In this document: positions 1 through 10,493 of the stretch, piece after piece
Layout of the letters: the number at the start of each line of letters is the position of its first letter
How positions within the stretch are numbered: position 1 is the stretch's first letter
Origin: Candidatus Falkowbacteria bacterium
Lineage (GTDB): Bacteria > Patescibacteriota > Patescibacteriia > CAIXNZ01
DNA: 64,000 nucleotides
Direction of reading: 5' to 3'
Assembly: GCA_963774955.1 (NCBI GenBank)
Contig: CAVZGV010000006.1
Span: forward strand, 223,224-287,223
Translations under genes and position numbers: made by a program
Notes under the pieces: model-generated
The model's input: the letters and a program-made list of their open reading frames with translations, nothing else
The model's database searches: none
Told to the model about the DNA's origin: nothing

Positions 1-1023
1 TCTTATTTTAATAACCAAATCTTCTTGATTCAAAACCTCAAAACTTAAACCCGACATATTATTAATGAAGACACTGCGTACACCCGCTAAATCAGCGGCG
101 ATTACCGGCTTAGCGCAGGCCATGGCTTCAATTAAAACTATGCCGAAAGCTTCAGATTGGTCAATTGATGGCAAAATAACCGCGTCAGCCAGATTATAAT
201 ATCTGGGTAAATCTGCATCTGAAACAGGGCCGGTAAAAAGAATCTGATCTAATAAAGCCAGATCCAGGACCTGCTTTTGATATTTGGCTTTCAAGTCGCC
301 GTCACCGACAATCAAAATTTTAATCTTATCTGAATCTAAATTTTTATAACTACTGATCAAAAATTCCAAACCTTTGAAATAATGCGCGCGGTCTAAACCG
401 CCAATAAAAAGCAAAATTTTATCATCCGGTTTAATTTTAAATTTACTCAATAAGTCCGGGTCCTTCGCGGTTGGGGAAAATTTATTCAAATCCACACCGG
501 GTGGAATAACCTCAAATTTTTGGGAATGGGTGTCAAATAAAGCCTTGATATCTGAATTTTGAGCATAATCCAGACTGGAAACAATTATTTTATCGGCACT
601 GGAAATTATCTTGGGCATTAAAAATCTGTTATATAGCCTGAAAACTATTTTTTTTAATCCCGTACCCAAAACATCCATCTGATAATTTATTACTAATTTC
701 AGCCGTTCTTTTTCCTGCCTTTTTAAACCCCAAATAACTTCCGCGCCGCCAAAAAAAGGATAATGCAAATTAACAATATCAAAATCCTTAATTAACTTAC
801 CTAATTGGGGTAAAAATCCCGCATTCCCGAATTTAAACCAAGGCTTTAGGCGTACGACCTCAAACTCATCAAAACGCACATCATTATCTGATTTGTGATA
901 TAAAGGTGTAAAAACAGTCACCTGATGACCTAATTTTGACAAACCCAAGGCATAGTCATAAGCAACATTGCTGATACCGCCTTTATAGGGTTTAAATCTG
1001 CAGACGACCTGGGCTATCTTCAT
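1..1023 (-). CDS. Glycosyltransferase family 4, 3' end outside the window
   Basis: Read manually: ATG at 1023 gives MKIAQVVCRFKPYKGGISNVAYDYALGLSKLGHQVTVFTPLY; later SEAFGIVLIEAMACAKPVIAADLAGVR (GT-B EX7E motif). Open to the window edge. Confidence 0.85.
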   Translation of the reverse strand, partial: MKIAQVVCRFKPYKGGISNVAYDYALGLSKLGHQVTVFTPLYHKSDNDVRFDEFEVVRLKPWFKFGNAGFLPQLGKLIKDFDIVNLHYPFFGGAEVIWGLKRQEKERLKLVINYQMDVLGTGLKKIVFRLYNRFLMPKIISSADKIIVSSLDYAQNSDIKALFDTHSQKFEVIPPGVDLNKFSPTAKDPDLLSKFKIKPDDKILLFIGGLDRAHYFKGLEFLISSYKNLDSDKIKILIVGDGDLKAKYQKQVLDLALLDQILFTGPVSDADLPRYYNLADAVILPSIDQSEAFGIVLIEAMACAKPVIAADLAGVRSVFINNMSGLSFEVLNQEDLVIKIR

Positions 1024-1165
1024 AAAATATTAAATACGAATTAATTACGAATATACTAATAAAATAAAAATTCGTATATTTGTAACGGATTCGTAATTTC
1101 GTAATATTATCAGATTATCAAATGCTTAATTATTTGCCAATAGGCTTTAAATTTAGCCTGATATC

Positions 1166-1194
1166 TTGCCAATTTAAATCAGCTCTGCTATAAT
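1166..1194 (+). promoter_or_regulatory. Sigma70-type promoter of the small ORF at 1230
   Basis: TTGCCA-17 nt-TATAAT, followed by AAGGAGG SD and ATG. Confidence 0.6.
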
Positions 1195-1229
1195 TTGAAA
1201 TAAATTCGAAATTAAGGAGGGTAATAAAA

Positions 1230-1439
1230 ATGGGTAAAGTTCATGAGGCGGTACAGGCAATCCTTCAAATTCCTGGAGTCAATGAAAAGTTACAAGATCC
1301 CAAATGGACTTTTGAAGATTTATTGCTGGTACCTGGCGTTGCCGAAGAGCTGGAGAAACGCAAAACAAGAAAATTCTCCTTGGAAGTGCCGTCTCAGTTA
1401 ATTCTCAGACGAACAAATCAAAAAGCGCTGCCAAGATAG
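1230..1439 (+). CDS. Small hypothetical protein (69 aa)
   Basis: ORF with strong SD (AAGGAGG) and its own promoter; internal repeat LQIPGV/LLVPGV. Confidence 0.6.
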   Translation: MGKVHEAVQAILQIPGVNEKLQDPKWTFEDLLLVPGVAEELEKRKTRKFSLEVPSQLILRRTNQKALPR

Positions 1440-1449
1440 TGGGAAATTA

Positions 1450-2496
1450 CTACCAAAAAATCAGTCGTCTGATTAATCGCCAATACAGGTCAAAAACCGG
1501 ATTGGCGATTTTTTTTAAGAGCCAGTTATCAATTTCCTGATTTTCAATTTTCCCGGAAAACATCTTGACCACTTCTTTATCCTTTTTTAGCCTGACGCTG
1601 TCCTTTCTCCGTCTGCCCAGTCTGATTCTTTTCCAATTAAACATATTCAAAAACCAAAAATATACTTTTAATTTTTCTTTCCAAAATCCCGATTTAATGG
1701 CGAATAAAAATAAGCCCAGTTCCATAACAATTAAAGCCGGTAAAATCAAAAGCAAAGTAACCAATTTGTAATTTTCCAATAAACAGATAAAACGGTTACG
1801 TTCCATCCAAAAATATTGTTTAATGCTTTTGGCAAACTGATATTTGTGATAAACCACGGCTTCGGGCACAACCAAGATTTTATAGCCGGCCAAGCGAGCT
1901 CGCCAGCCAAAATCCAAATCCTCGTGATACATAAAAAAATCCGGCGCAAATAAGCCGAGTTTAACAATCACTTCTTTTTTAATCAGCAAAGCCGCGCCCG
2001 AACCATAAGTTATTTCCGCAGGTGTTAAAACACCGTTAAACTCTTTGTTAGCGCCCAGAGAATAGCCAAAGCCCAGATAATGGATCTGATTGCCTAAGGA
2101 ATTAATCTTTGTTTTATCGCTCCAAAGCATAAGCCGCGCCTGCACTGCGCCTATTTGCGGATCAGCTTCGGCTACGGCAACCAGTTTTGACAAAAAATCC
2201 GGCTGACTAACAGTATCATCATTGATTAAAAGCAAATATTCATAGCCTAATTTAAAAACATAATCAGCGGCTTTGTTATTGCCGGCGGCAAAACCCAGAT
2301 TCTGATTATTAACAATGACCTTAACTTGAGGAAATTTATTTTTGACATAATTGACTGAATCATCCGCAGAAGCATTATCAAAGAAAAAAATCTGATAGTC
2401 AGCCCTAGGATAATCAAGAGATAATAAACTGCCCAGGCAATCATCCAGATGTCTGGTGCTGTTATACCCGAGAATTATAATAGCGACCTTTGGCAT
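1450..2496 (-). CDS. Glycosyltransferase family 2 (rhamnosyltransferase-like)
   Basis: DNASAD, NLGFAAGNN, LINDD, FFMYHEDLDFGWR motifs. Confidence 0.9.
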   Translation of the reverse strand: MPKVAIIILGYNSTRHLDDCLGSLLSLDYPRADYQIFFFDNASADDSVNYVKNKFPQVKVIVNNQNLGFAAGNNKAADYVFKLGYEYLLLINDDTVSQPDFLSKLVAVAEADPQIGAVQARLMLWSDKTKINSLGNQIHYLGFGYSLGANKEFNGVLTPAEITYGSGAALLIKKEVIVKLGLFAPDFFMYHEDLDFGWRARLAGYKILVVPEAVVYHKYQFAKSIKQYFWMERNRFICLLENYKLVTLLLILPALIVMELGLFLFAIKSGFWKEKLKVYFWFLNMFNWKRIRLGRRRKDSVRLKKDKEVVKMFSGKIENQEIDNWLLKKIANPVFDLYWRLIRRLIFW

Positions 2497-2552
2497 ATTA
2501 ATTATTTTTAAATCTCCTCCCCGCGATCTGTGGGGAGGAGAAAAGAAATGTC

Positions 2553-3584
2553 TTAATCTTTTATATTTCCGACATTATTCCAATTGACCATCACCCGATG
2601 AGCTTTGCCGTAAAGCACTGTTTCTTCCAGACCTTTTTGCAGAGTCATGATTGGAAACCATAACAGTCTATCCTTGGCCTGGGTAATATCCGGAATGCCT
2701 AATTTGGTCATGAACAAGAGTGAATCAGCATAATGTATTTCCGACTTGGAATTGGTCATTTTAATTATTTTCTGAGCAATTTCTGAAACTTTATGTTCCT
2801 CGGGACTGCCGACATTGTAAGGCCCTGCTTCAGCCGAAGCCATCATTTTAATGCTAGCATCAATAACATCGCTAATATAACATAACGTGGTGGTAAAATT
2901 TTCATCTCCGTAAATAATCAAAGGCTGACTATCTAAAGCCGCCACAATAAAATCAGGAATCATATGTCCGACAAAAAGAGGCATCCGCGGACCATAAGTG
3001 GTAAATATTCTTAAAATTTTGGCGTCCAGATTATAATATTGGCGATAAGTATAAACTAAAGTCTCGGCAAATCTTTTACCTTCATCATAACAAGCCCGGG
3101 GAGTCAGCGGTGATAACGGATAATACTTGCCTTCTGTCATGGTCGGCTCCTGATCATTACGCGGGCCATAAACAACCGAAGATGAATAATGCAGAATTTT
3201 TGCCTTATATTTTAAAGCCAGCTCTAAGGCTCTAATTGTGCCGATTGAATTTGTCTGGGCTGACAGAATGACATTTTTATTAAAATCTTTGGGCGCGGTG
3301 GGACAGGCTAAATTATAAATTTCCTGAATGCCCTGAAATTTTACCTGGAATCTTTCCAATTCATTATATTTCTCTAAATCAACAAGATTATTTACATCAT
3401 CATTAATAAAGATAAAATTTTCGTTTTGCAATAAATGATCAATATTTTCCCGCCTGCCTGAAATAAAGTTATCAATGCAGATAACCTGATTGTCCTTAAC
3501 TAATTTATCGCAAAGATGTGAACCAATAAATCCGGCCCCACCCAAGATTAAAATGTTTTTCTTTTCAAATGCGCTTTTAGCCAT
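2553..3584 (-). CDS. NAD-dependent epimerase/dehydratase, UDP-glucuronate decarboxylase-like
   Basis: GGAGFIGSHL, IYNLACP, RACYDEGKRFAET, RIFTTYGPRM. Confidence 0.9.
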   Translation of the reverse strand: MAKSAFEKKNILILGGAGFIGSHLCDKLVKDNQVICIDNFISGRRENIDHLLQNENFIFINDDVNNLVDLEKYNELERFQVKFQGIQEIYNLACPTAPKDFNKNVILSAQTNSIGTIRALELALKYKAKILHYSSSVVYGPRNDQEPTMTEGKYYPLSPLTPRACYDEGKRFAETLVYTYRQYYNLDAKILRIFTTYGPRMPLFVGHMIPDFIVAALDSQPLIIYGDENFTTTLCYISDVIDASIKMMASAEAGPYNVGSPEEHKVSEIAQKIIKMTNSKSEIHYADSLLFMTKLGIPDITQAKDRLLWFPIMTLQKGLEETVLYGKAHRVMVNWNNVGNIKD

Positions 3585-3723
3585 ATTAATATAATTTATT
3601 TGTAAAAATAGCGAAAATAATACTAATCGCTTAATGTAATTTTATCAAAATGTTACACAAAAAGAAAGCCCTATTTATTTGGCTAACTTTAAACAAAACA
3701 AGACTATGAATAATGTCCAATAC

Positions 3724-4128
3724 TCATGGCTGACGGAAAGTCCAGAACTTATTAGCGCCAAAGTTCCAAAACATCCCGACTGCCACGGCTACAACCTTGG
3801 CCGGCAAATCATCTACCTTGGCAAGATGAACCAGGCCAAAAACAATGCCATTATTCAGGAAAAAATAGACGAAATTGACCAGGGTAAATTTTACGAGCTG
3901 AACTTTATGGTTGGTGTCCTTATTTTTAAAGGTCCAGTATTTATTAAAAATATAACTGCTGGACATGGCCGTAAAAACAGAAATAACATTGGCCGCTAAA
4001 TAGTATAAGCCGATTATTCTGGTAAAAAACAGATAGATCAAAAAATCAATCAAAGTATTGGCCACGCCGACCAGACAGAATTTCACAAACTGCCGCGTTG
4101 TTTGATGTTTATAAATTTTATTTAACAT
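3724..4128 (-). CDS. GtrA family membrane protein
   Basis: QFVKFCLVGVANTLIDF...NKYWTF...NKFWTF; four hydrophobic segments. Confidence 0.9.
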   Translation of the reverse strand: MLNKIYKHQTTRQFVKFCLVGVANTLIDFLIYLFFTRIIGLYYLAANVISVFTAMSSSYIFNKYWTFKNKDTNHKVQLVKFTLVNFVYFFLNNGIVFGLVHLAKVDDLPAKVVAVAVGMFWNFGANKFWTFRQP

Positions 4129-4193
4129 ATTTTTACTACTTACAGTTCCCCCTTTTCAAAGGGTAATTATTGAAAAGGTTACTTAGAGGAAAA

Positions 4194-5765
4194 TCAAATT
4201 CCCTTGTCAAAATCGATTGAAGTTACCGCGTTTTTTTCTGCCAGAGGATCGTAAGTTCCCAAAGCTAAAATAGGATCACCGAATTTATAATTAGCCAGCA
4301 AGCTGTCACTGATATCAATAATCTCTGTTTGCCAGTTTACGCCATAAATGGCCAGCGCCAGGTCCTGGGTACTTAACCAACGTAAAGTACCGCCTCTGGA
4401 GACGGCATAGACCTTGGGATCAGTGGTAATTTTCACCAAACTCCCGGGACGATAAGTAACAATTCCGCCTAAAACATATGAGGCCAAGACACTATCTGAA
4501 ACTGGTTTAACACTGCTAAAATTGCCATACCAACTCAAAAAAGTGGCGGTATCCATAAAAGCATAACGTTTGTTATTAGCACCCAGGTAATAAATTGTGG
4601 TAGACGAGCCTTTGACCAGCTTATTAGCCGCCAGACTCATATTCTGAAAAATTTTAGTAGGATCAATAAGGCCGCTGCCTAATTTACCGACAAAACCAGG
4701 ATTTATAGAATCAATATTATCAGCATTATTTAAAATAATATCTTTAATCTGCGTATTAGTCAGGCTGCTATTGGCTGATTTTATCAAAGCGGCTATGCCC
4801 GAAACTACAGGGGTAGATAAAGAAGTTCCGGAAAAACCACCATCATAATATAAATCGAATTCTGACACATTTTCGCTTTTAACTATAGTACCGAAAAACT
4901 CCTTGCCCGGAGCAATAATATCCACACAATCTGACCCGTAATTGGAAAAAGGCGCCAATTTATTTAGTTGATCGCTGGCGCCGACACCGATTATTATATC
5001 AGTACCATCTTCAGCCCGATGACAAACCGGATACATCGGCGTCAGGTCAAGATTAGTAGAATGTCCTTCAAAATCTTCGTTACCGGCGGCAGCCACCAAA
5101 ACTAAACCGGCTTTATAAGCTCTTTCCAAGGCTAATTCCAAATCAGAATCATAGGTATCGCCCACAAAACTGAAATTTATAATATCAGCTCCGTTATCTA
5201 CGGCATAATCGATGGCCCGGATAACATCAATCGTATTACCGCTGCCATTTTCATTCAGAACTCGTAACGGCATTATTTTACTGCGCCAGGAAATGCCTGT
5301 AATCCCCAAATTATTATTGCCGACAGCCGCGGCTACGCCGCTGATCATGGTCCCATGAAAAACCGCTTCAGCCACACAGGTTTTACGTTCAACGCAATTT
5401 TTGTCAAATTTTGGTGAGGGATCATTGTTATTTTCCACAAAATCCCAGCCACTGATATCATCAATATAGCCGTTTTTATCATTATCTATGCCGTCGCCCA
5501 GAATTTCAGCCTGATTAACCCAAATATTATCATGTAAATCTGGATGGGAAACGTCAATGCCCGAATCAATTATAGCAATCACTGTTTCTGATTTACCGCT
5601 TTCCAAAACCCAGATATTGGGCATTTGTAAATCATCTAAATACCACTGTCTACTGAAAAACGGATCATTAGGCACTAAGCCGGCGGCCAAACAAAAATTA
5701 GCCGTCACCAAAAGGCCGGCCATGATAAATACAGTTAATATTTTGCTAAAAAAACTTCTCGTCAT
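4194..5765 (-). CDS. Secreted S8 subtilisin-like protease with C-terminal shared surface module
   Basis: Signal peptide; IAIIDSG (Asp), HGTMISG (His), SGTSLSTP (Ser); C-terminal LVKITTDPKVYAV module. Confidence 0.9.
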   Translation of the reverse strand: MTRSFFSKILTVFIMAGLLVTANFCLAAGLVPNDPFFSRQWYLDDLQMPNIWVLESGKSETVIAIIDSGIDVSHPDLHDNIWVNQAEILGDGIDNDKNGYIDDISGWDFVENNNDPSPKFDKNCVERKTCVAEAVFHGTMISGVAAAVGNNNLGITGISWRSKIMPLRVLNENGSGNTIDVIRAIDYAVDNGADIINFSFVGDTYDSDLELALERAYKAGLVLVAAAGNEDFEGHSTNLDLTPMYPVCHRAEDGTDIIIGVGASDQLNKLAPFSNYGSDCVDIIAPGKEFFGTIVKSENVSEFDLYYDGGFSGTSLSTPVVSGIAALIKSANSSLTNTQIKDIILNNADNIDSINPGFVGKLGSGLIDPTKIFQNMSLAANKLVKGSSTTIYYLGANNKRYAFMDTATFLSWYGNFSSVKPVSDSVLASYVLGGIVTYRPGSLVKITTDPKVYAVSRGGTLRWLSTQDLALAIYGVNWQTEIIDISDSLLANYKFGDPILALGTYDPLAEKNAVTSIDFDKGI

Positions 5766-5816
5766 ATTCTATCCCCCTCCTAGAATTAGGAGGGGTCTAA
5801 GAGGTAAAATTTTCAT

Positions 5817-7472
5817 TTAGTGATTGACACAAATCCCTTTATCCACATCAATTCTTGTGGCCGCAGCAGATACAGTCTGAACATTATAATCGCTTAAAGA
5901 ATTTATCGGACTGCCCATTTTGTAATTGACGAAAAAAGAATCAGCTACGTCATTGATCTTTGTTGTCCAATTGCTGCCGTATAAGCTAACCGCTAAACTT
6001 TCAGTTGAAATCCATCTTAAAGTACCGCTGTTATCAACGGCATAAACCTTGGGATCTGTGGTGATTTTCACCAGTTTGACGCCGGGCTTAAAAGTAACAT
6101 TGCCGCCGATCATAATGGAGGCCAAATCAGCATCAGTAATGATCTTGACGTCTTTAAAATCACTGTACCAGCTTAAATAAACATCCTGATTGGGAAAAAC
6201 ATAACGTTTACCGTTACAGGCATAAAAATAAATCGCCGGAGTGGAGGCTTTGATCAGATCGCCGGCATTAATGCCTAAATTTTTTGACTCCGCAGTAACC
6301 GCGCTAATGAGCAAAGTTTGGATTATTTGGTCATCAACCTTAATCGCAATTGTATTGGAACCGATTGATGTTGCTCTGGCTTCAAAAGTAATTTTACCGG
6401 TACTATCAGATTTATCATTAGGCAAGGAAATAATCATATCTTTCGTATCAATTTTTTCAACTGTAATCTGACGATTTACAATCGGCTCATTGCTAGTGTC
6501 CTTTAATATGACAGTAATCGTCGCTTTATCAAGGCCGTCATTTATAATACTGGTTTTATCGCTACTGACCGTAGAATTGGTCAGGGACAACATCTGCAGG
6601 CTGACAGATACTGTAATATTCTCTGTCTGACCATAATTACCATTACCATCCCGACTTTGGATGTTGACAGTATGCTCCCCTTCGGTAATATCCGGCCAGT
6701 TATAATTCCAGGAATAATTAGTAGTATCCAAATTATCTATTATGTTTACGGGTTGATTATCAATATATATATTCAATTCTTTGATATAGGTATTACCCTG
6801 GTCGCGGGTCATGCCTTCAATTGTAAAATGACTGTTATTAATAACTGCGCCGTCAGCCAAATTAGTAATTACCGATTTTGGAGCTAAAGCATCAACGCTA
6901 TAAGTGGAAATCACCTGGGAATTAGTATTAACGATATTTGCATCGGTTGGACCGTTATTACCTGAATCCATAAAAATGCCCAGATCGCCGATGTCAAAGC
7001 TGCCATTACTGTTATTATCGGTCAAATAAGGAATCTGCATCTGAATTGTCGCACCAAGAGTGAGCGTGCTGTAAGTTTCAACTGAAATAAAAAACTCCTC
7101 GTGATCAGTAATCTTTTCCGATAAATTTTCAATATACCAACTCTGAGAACCTGTGGCATAAAGTAATTTGCCGATTTTACGGTCAACGCCCATACCTTGA
7201 AATCCCACCGGACCAGCATCTGACCATAAAATCATATTGCTGATCTGTTTAATATAATCAGCCGTACCCATATTTTTTAAACCCAAAGCTTTGAGCGTAT
7301 CAGTATTGGTGGTCAGAATACTAAAATCCAGGACCAGATTATCAAAAGTTCCCCGGTAAAAAGTGGTATAAGGCGCTTCAGAATTAACCACTGATTTAGA
7401 ATCAAAGGCAGAAACACTTGAACCTAAAAACAGGGTCATTAAAATTAAACTCAAAATAAAAATCTTACGCAT
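5817..7472 (-). CDS. Secreted Ig-like (Big) domain protein with C-terminal shared surface module
   Basis: Signal peptide; invasin/Big_1-like segment (SIINDGLDKATITVILKD); GDLIKASTPAIYFYACNGKRYVFP...LVKITTDPKVYAV. Confidence 0.75.
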   Translation of the reverse strand: MRKIFILSLILMTLFLGSSVSAFDSKSVVNSEAPYTTFYRGTFDNLVLDFSILTTNTDTLKALGLKNMGTADYIKQISNMILWSDAGPVGFQGMGVDRKIGKLLYATGSQSWYIENLSEKITDHEEFFISVETYSTLTLGATIQMQIPYLTDNNSNGSFDIGDLGIFMDSGNNGPTDANIVNTNSQVISTYSVDALAPKSVITNLADGAVINNSHFTIEGMTRDQGNTYIKELNIYIDNQPVNIIDNLDTTNYSWNYNWPDITEGEHTVNIQSRDGNGNYGQTENITVSVSLQMLSLTNSTVSSDKTSIINDGLDKATITVILKDTSNEPIVNRQITVEKIDTKDMIISLPNDKSDSTGKITFEARATSIGSNTIAIKVDDQIIQTLLISAVTAESKNLGINAGDLIKASTPAIYFYACNGKRYVFPNQDVYLSWYSDFKDVKIITDADLASIMIGGNVTFKPGVKLVKITTDPKVYAVDNSGTLRWISTESLAVSLYGSNWTTKINDVADSFFVNYKMGSPINSLSDYNVQTVSAAATRIDVDKGICVNH

Positions 7473-7726
7473 AGTTTTTTTGTTATGTTATAAATTTATA
7501 TAATTAAACTTGATATTTAAGATTGATCGGATTATTCCTGTCTTCAGCCCATTTACCAGGGTTACAAAATATATATTCACGCTTGATAGATAATTCATTT
7601 TCGTCCCGGATGACTCGGTCGTGGAACGATTTTTGCCAAGAAAAATGAAAATTATTTTGTATCTTATTTATACCTCGCGACGAAAACGTCTTTAAGGCTC
7701 TTACAATCTCGGACAACCCATGCGTC

Positions 7727-7755
7727 GTAGGGAACGGTTTTAAACCGTTCCCTAC
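7727..7755. repeat. GTAG-type REP palindrome inside the RAYT remnant
   Basis: gtagggaacggttttaaaccgttccctac; related copy at 10727-10754. Confidence 0.75.
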
Positions 7756-7851
7756 GTCGGTCGGGTCAAAATAATTTTCATTCTCGAATATTTCAATAAT
7801 ACCATGGAAATGATTGGGCATTACCACCCATAAATCGGCAATCCCCGCAAT

Positions 7852-7886
7852 CTCCCCTCCTTACAAAGGAGGGGTTCGGGGGAGGT
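7852..7886. repeat. CTCCCC...GGGGAG palindromic repeat family
   Basis: ctcccctccttacaaaggaggggttcgggggaggt; relatives near 5772, 11248, 11368, 17224, 17976. Confidence 0.7.
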
Positions 7887-8129
7887 TCTCGGAGACGTGT
7901 TCAACTCCCTCTCTTTATCCCTCTTATCTAAAAGGGAGATTATAGAAAACAAACATTTAAAATTTTTATCCCTGCCAACGGTTTAATTTACGGTCTATTT
8001 CTCTCCCCATTTTATATATTTTGCTTATCTATATTTTACCACAAAATCCCACTTTTCGCACTAATATCCTCGGGACAAAAAAAGAACCCCATTTCTGGGA
8101 TTCTTTTATATTCTAATCGGTAAAATTTA

Positions 8130-8387
8130 TTATGACTGCACAGTCTGCAGTCGCTTTACTTTTATCTGAATAATCCTACTCAAAGTAATCTTTATCCCGA
8201 TTAAGTCATCTTCAATTTTGCCTAATCTCTCCTCAATACTAACCAAACTCCGATCATTTGGATCTAATTTTTGATGCAATTTCGAATCTAAGACCTTATT
8301 AAATATTATTTTAATTTGTTTTAAATCCTCTTTTTCCAACATATTATAAGGTTTAATTATTGTGTTCACATTATACCCAATTCTCAA
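8130..8387 (-). CDS. Small coiled-coil hypothetical protein (likely start ~8342)
   Basis: Heptad-like sequence; terminator-like hairpin at 8081-8107. Confidence 0.45.
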   Translation of the reverse strand: MRIGYNVNTIIKPYNMLEKEDLKQIKIIFNKVLDSKLHQKLDPNDRSLVSIEERLGKIEDDLIGIKITLSRIIQIKVKRLQTVQS

Positions 8388-8419
8388 ATATGATTCAAGG
8401 TCCTACTTGAAAGCAGTTT

Positions 8420-10390
8420 TTAGCGTGCCAAGACATTGGCATAAATTCCTGGCTGAAAAACATACTGAGCAAAAGCATAATTACCGCTGCCGTCAATACT
8501 AAAATCCAAATTGGCCGCATTGGAATTGTCCAAAGACAGCTGAATTGAATTACCGTTGGTATTGGCGCCGGTTGTATCCGCGTATATATATAATTTCTTA
8601 GTCGCGCCCGGACCGATTTGCAGACTGCCGGGGTTACCAAAGGTAAAAGTTACACTGTTGGCGGCGCAGACATCAACTGCCTGGGTGTCTAAGACCGTAC
8701 CATTTTCATCCTGAAGCACCAGACTATTGCCTAGACCTGCAGTACAACTGCTGCCAATATTTACAGTTAATTTATTGGCAATAGCCGTAGTATTATTGAT
8801 GGCGCTTAGGAAATCAACTTCTTTAGCCGTATCAGCAGTTACGTCAAAAATTGCCAGTAAGGTTTTAGTACCTGGCACTAAAACCTGCTTTGGAGAAGAG
8901 TCATCCAGGCTGAAATAAGGATATGAAGCTAAAACATAATAGGTTTTGGAATCAGTAACTGCGCTACCCGTGATTTTCTGGCCTGAAGCTTTGCCCGTGG
9001 CTTCAATATCGGTTCCTGCGGCAACAACGGCTTTCAAGGCATCACCGTTTTGGACTGTAACTCCGTCAACTCCCACAGCATCAACGGCCACGGTCACGGT
9101 CACGCTCTGGCTATAGGTAATAATTACTGTACCTGCAGTTATCTGAAATCTGACTTTTTTAGTTACCGGATCCATAATCCCGCTGGCCACCGGTTCATTC
9201 AGTGATTTCCCATCGCTTCTTTTGGCAGAATATAAATACCAGGTAGTCGCTACTTTGCCAGTGCCTGTATCTGTTATAGTCACGCTATTTAACTCCATAT
9301 CTTCAGCCTGGCCGGCTGTAATTTTAAATGAAGCCACGCCTTGTTTGGCGCGACCGCCGATTAAAACCCCTTCCGGCGGTATCATAAGATTAGTATCTAA
9401 ACCGGAATAAGTCCCGCCCATATAATTCCCCACCAATGGGAAATTACCGTTAACTGTTCCGGCTGCCAGGACCAGATCATTGACCGACTCAATACCCAGG
9501 GCAATGGTCCGACCGCTAGAAGCGGTCGGATTGAGACTGGCTTCAATCGTTAAGACTGTGGGATTACTGGGGACCACAATCAAACTGGGGCTGAAATTAA
9601 TCACCGCTTTATTATTAGCGCCCAAACCCGCAGAATTGCCCAGCTGAGTGCCTGTCGAGGTCACGATTTTAATATTATTAACATCACTATTGGAGCTTAA
9701 GCCGTAACGCATAACCTGAATTGATTTAACCTCCGTGGTTTCAGTCGCCTGTAAAACTATTTTGGTAAAATCAGCGATTACTCCGGTCGCCAGATTAGCG
9801 GCAGCCGGTGTATCAGAGGCTAAAGACACGTTCAAAGTACCGCCCGTAGGTACAGCAATCAGTCTGTCAGCTGAAATTGAGGTGGCCGTGCTGGTAGAGG
9901 TAGTTGGATTATAATCTAAATTATTATTTATCGGTGCACCCACAGTGTAATTGATAAAAAAGGCGTCAGAGACGTCTGTAACCAGGCTCCCCCAATTACT
10001 GCCATACAATGTTTCAGCAACAATTGAAGTTGTCAGCCAGCGCAAAGTCCCGCCCTTATCAACCGCATAAACCTTCGGATCCGTGGTAATTTTGACCAAT
10101 TTAACACCCGGCCGAAAAGTCACATTACCGCCGATGGTAATGGCCGCCAATTCCCCGTCGGTTATTTTTTTAACATTGGAAAAATCAGAATACCAGGTTT
10201 TATAGGTATCTTCATTGGGAAAAACATAGCGTTTGCCGTCAGCGCCATAATAATAAACCGAAGGGTTGCTGGCTTTAATCAGATTACCGGAAACCAAAGT
10301 GGCCGCCTGCGCTGTCTGAACCATCGAACCCAGTCCGATTGACCAAATTACGGTCAGGATTAAAACGAAAAAATTTAATTTTTTGGGCAT
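8420..10390 (-). CDS. S-layer-like surface protein, short paralog
   Basis: Signal peptide (AQA), N-terminal shared module, beta-rich T/V/G/A/S modules; collinear with both ends of the 1166-aa protein. Confidence 0.75.
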   Translation of the reverse strand: MPKKLNFFVLILTVIWSIGLGSMVQTAQAATLVSGNLIKASNPSVYYYGADGKRYVFPNEDTYKTWYSDFSNVKKITDGELAAITIGGNVTFRPGVKLVKITTDPKVYAVDKGGTLRWLTTSIVAETLYGSNWGSLVTDVSDAFFINYTVGAPINNNLDYNPTTSTSTATSISADRLIAVPTGGTLNVSLASDTPAAANLATGVIADFTKIVLQATETTEVKSIQVMRYGLSSNSDVNNIKIVTSTGTQLGNSAGLGANNKAVINFSPSLIVVPSNPTVLTIEASLNPTASSGRTIALGIESVNDLVLAAGTVNGNFPLVGNYMGGTYSGLDTNLMIPPEGVLIGGRAKQGVASFKITAGQAEDMELNSVTITDTGTGKVATTWYLYSAKRSDGKSLNEPVASGIMDPVTKKVRFQITAGTVIITYSQSVTVTVAVDAVGVDGVTVQNGDALKAVVAAGTDIEATGKASGQKITGSAVTDSKTYYVLASYPYFSLDDSSPKQVLVPGTKTLLAIFDVTADTAKEVDFLSAINNTTAIANKLTVNIGSSCTAGLGNSLVLQDENGTVLDTQAVDVCAANSVTFTFGNPGSLQIGPGATKKLYIYADTTGANTNGNSIQLSLDNSNAANLDFSIDGSGNYAFAQYVFQPGIYANVLAR

Positions 10391-10416
10391 AGAATTGTTT
10401 ATTTATTTAAATTTTG

Positions 10417-10446
10417 CCTGCCCGCCGTAGCCTTGGCGTAGGCGGG
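10417..10446. mobile_element. 30-nt palindromic insertion element (CCTGCCC...GGG)
   Basis: cctgcccgccgtagccttggcgtaggcggg; relatives at 17252-17281 and 45947-45976. Confidence 0.6.
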
Positions 10447-10493
10447 TTATTTGGTATTTTAATATTTGTTATTCTTTTGATATTTGAGATTTG

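Larger units (their letters stand above)
7504..8010 (-). pseudogene. Disrupted REP-associated tyrosine transposase (RAYT, Y1/HUH)
   Basis: C-half WVVMPNHFHGI...WQKSFHDRVIRDENEL; a separated N-terminus MGREIDRKLNRWQG* at 8010 matches the intact copy (MYKGPDRKLNRWPG); middle replaced by palindromic repeats. Confidence 0.8.

Noticed and set aside
3647-3658. aaaatgttacac identical to the ECF -35 region, upstream of the epimerase gene
   Set aside because: No CGT at the 16-nt spacing; a TG-n-TAAAAT extended -10 explains the site better.
3724-5765. Alternative genetic code 25 (UGA=Gly) as in some CPR
   Set aside because: TGA ends full-length genes (GtrA, subtilase) and long ORFs are intact under code 11.
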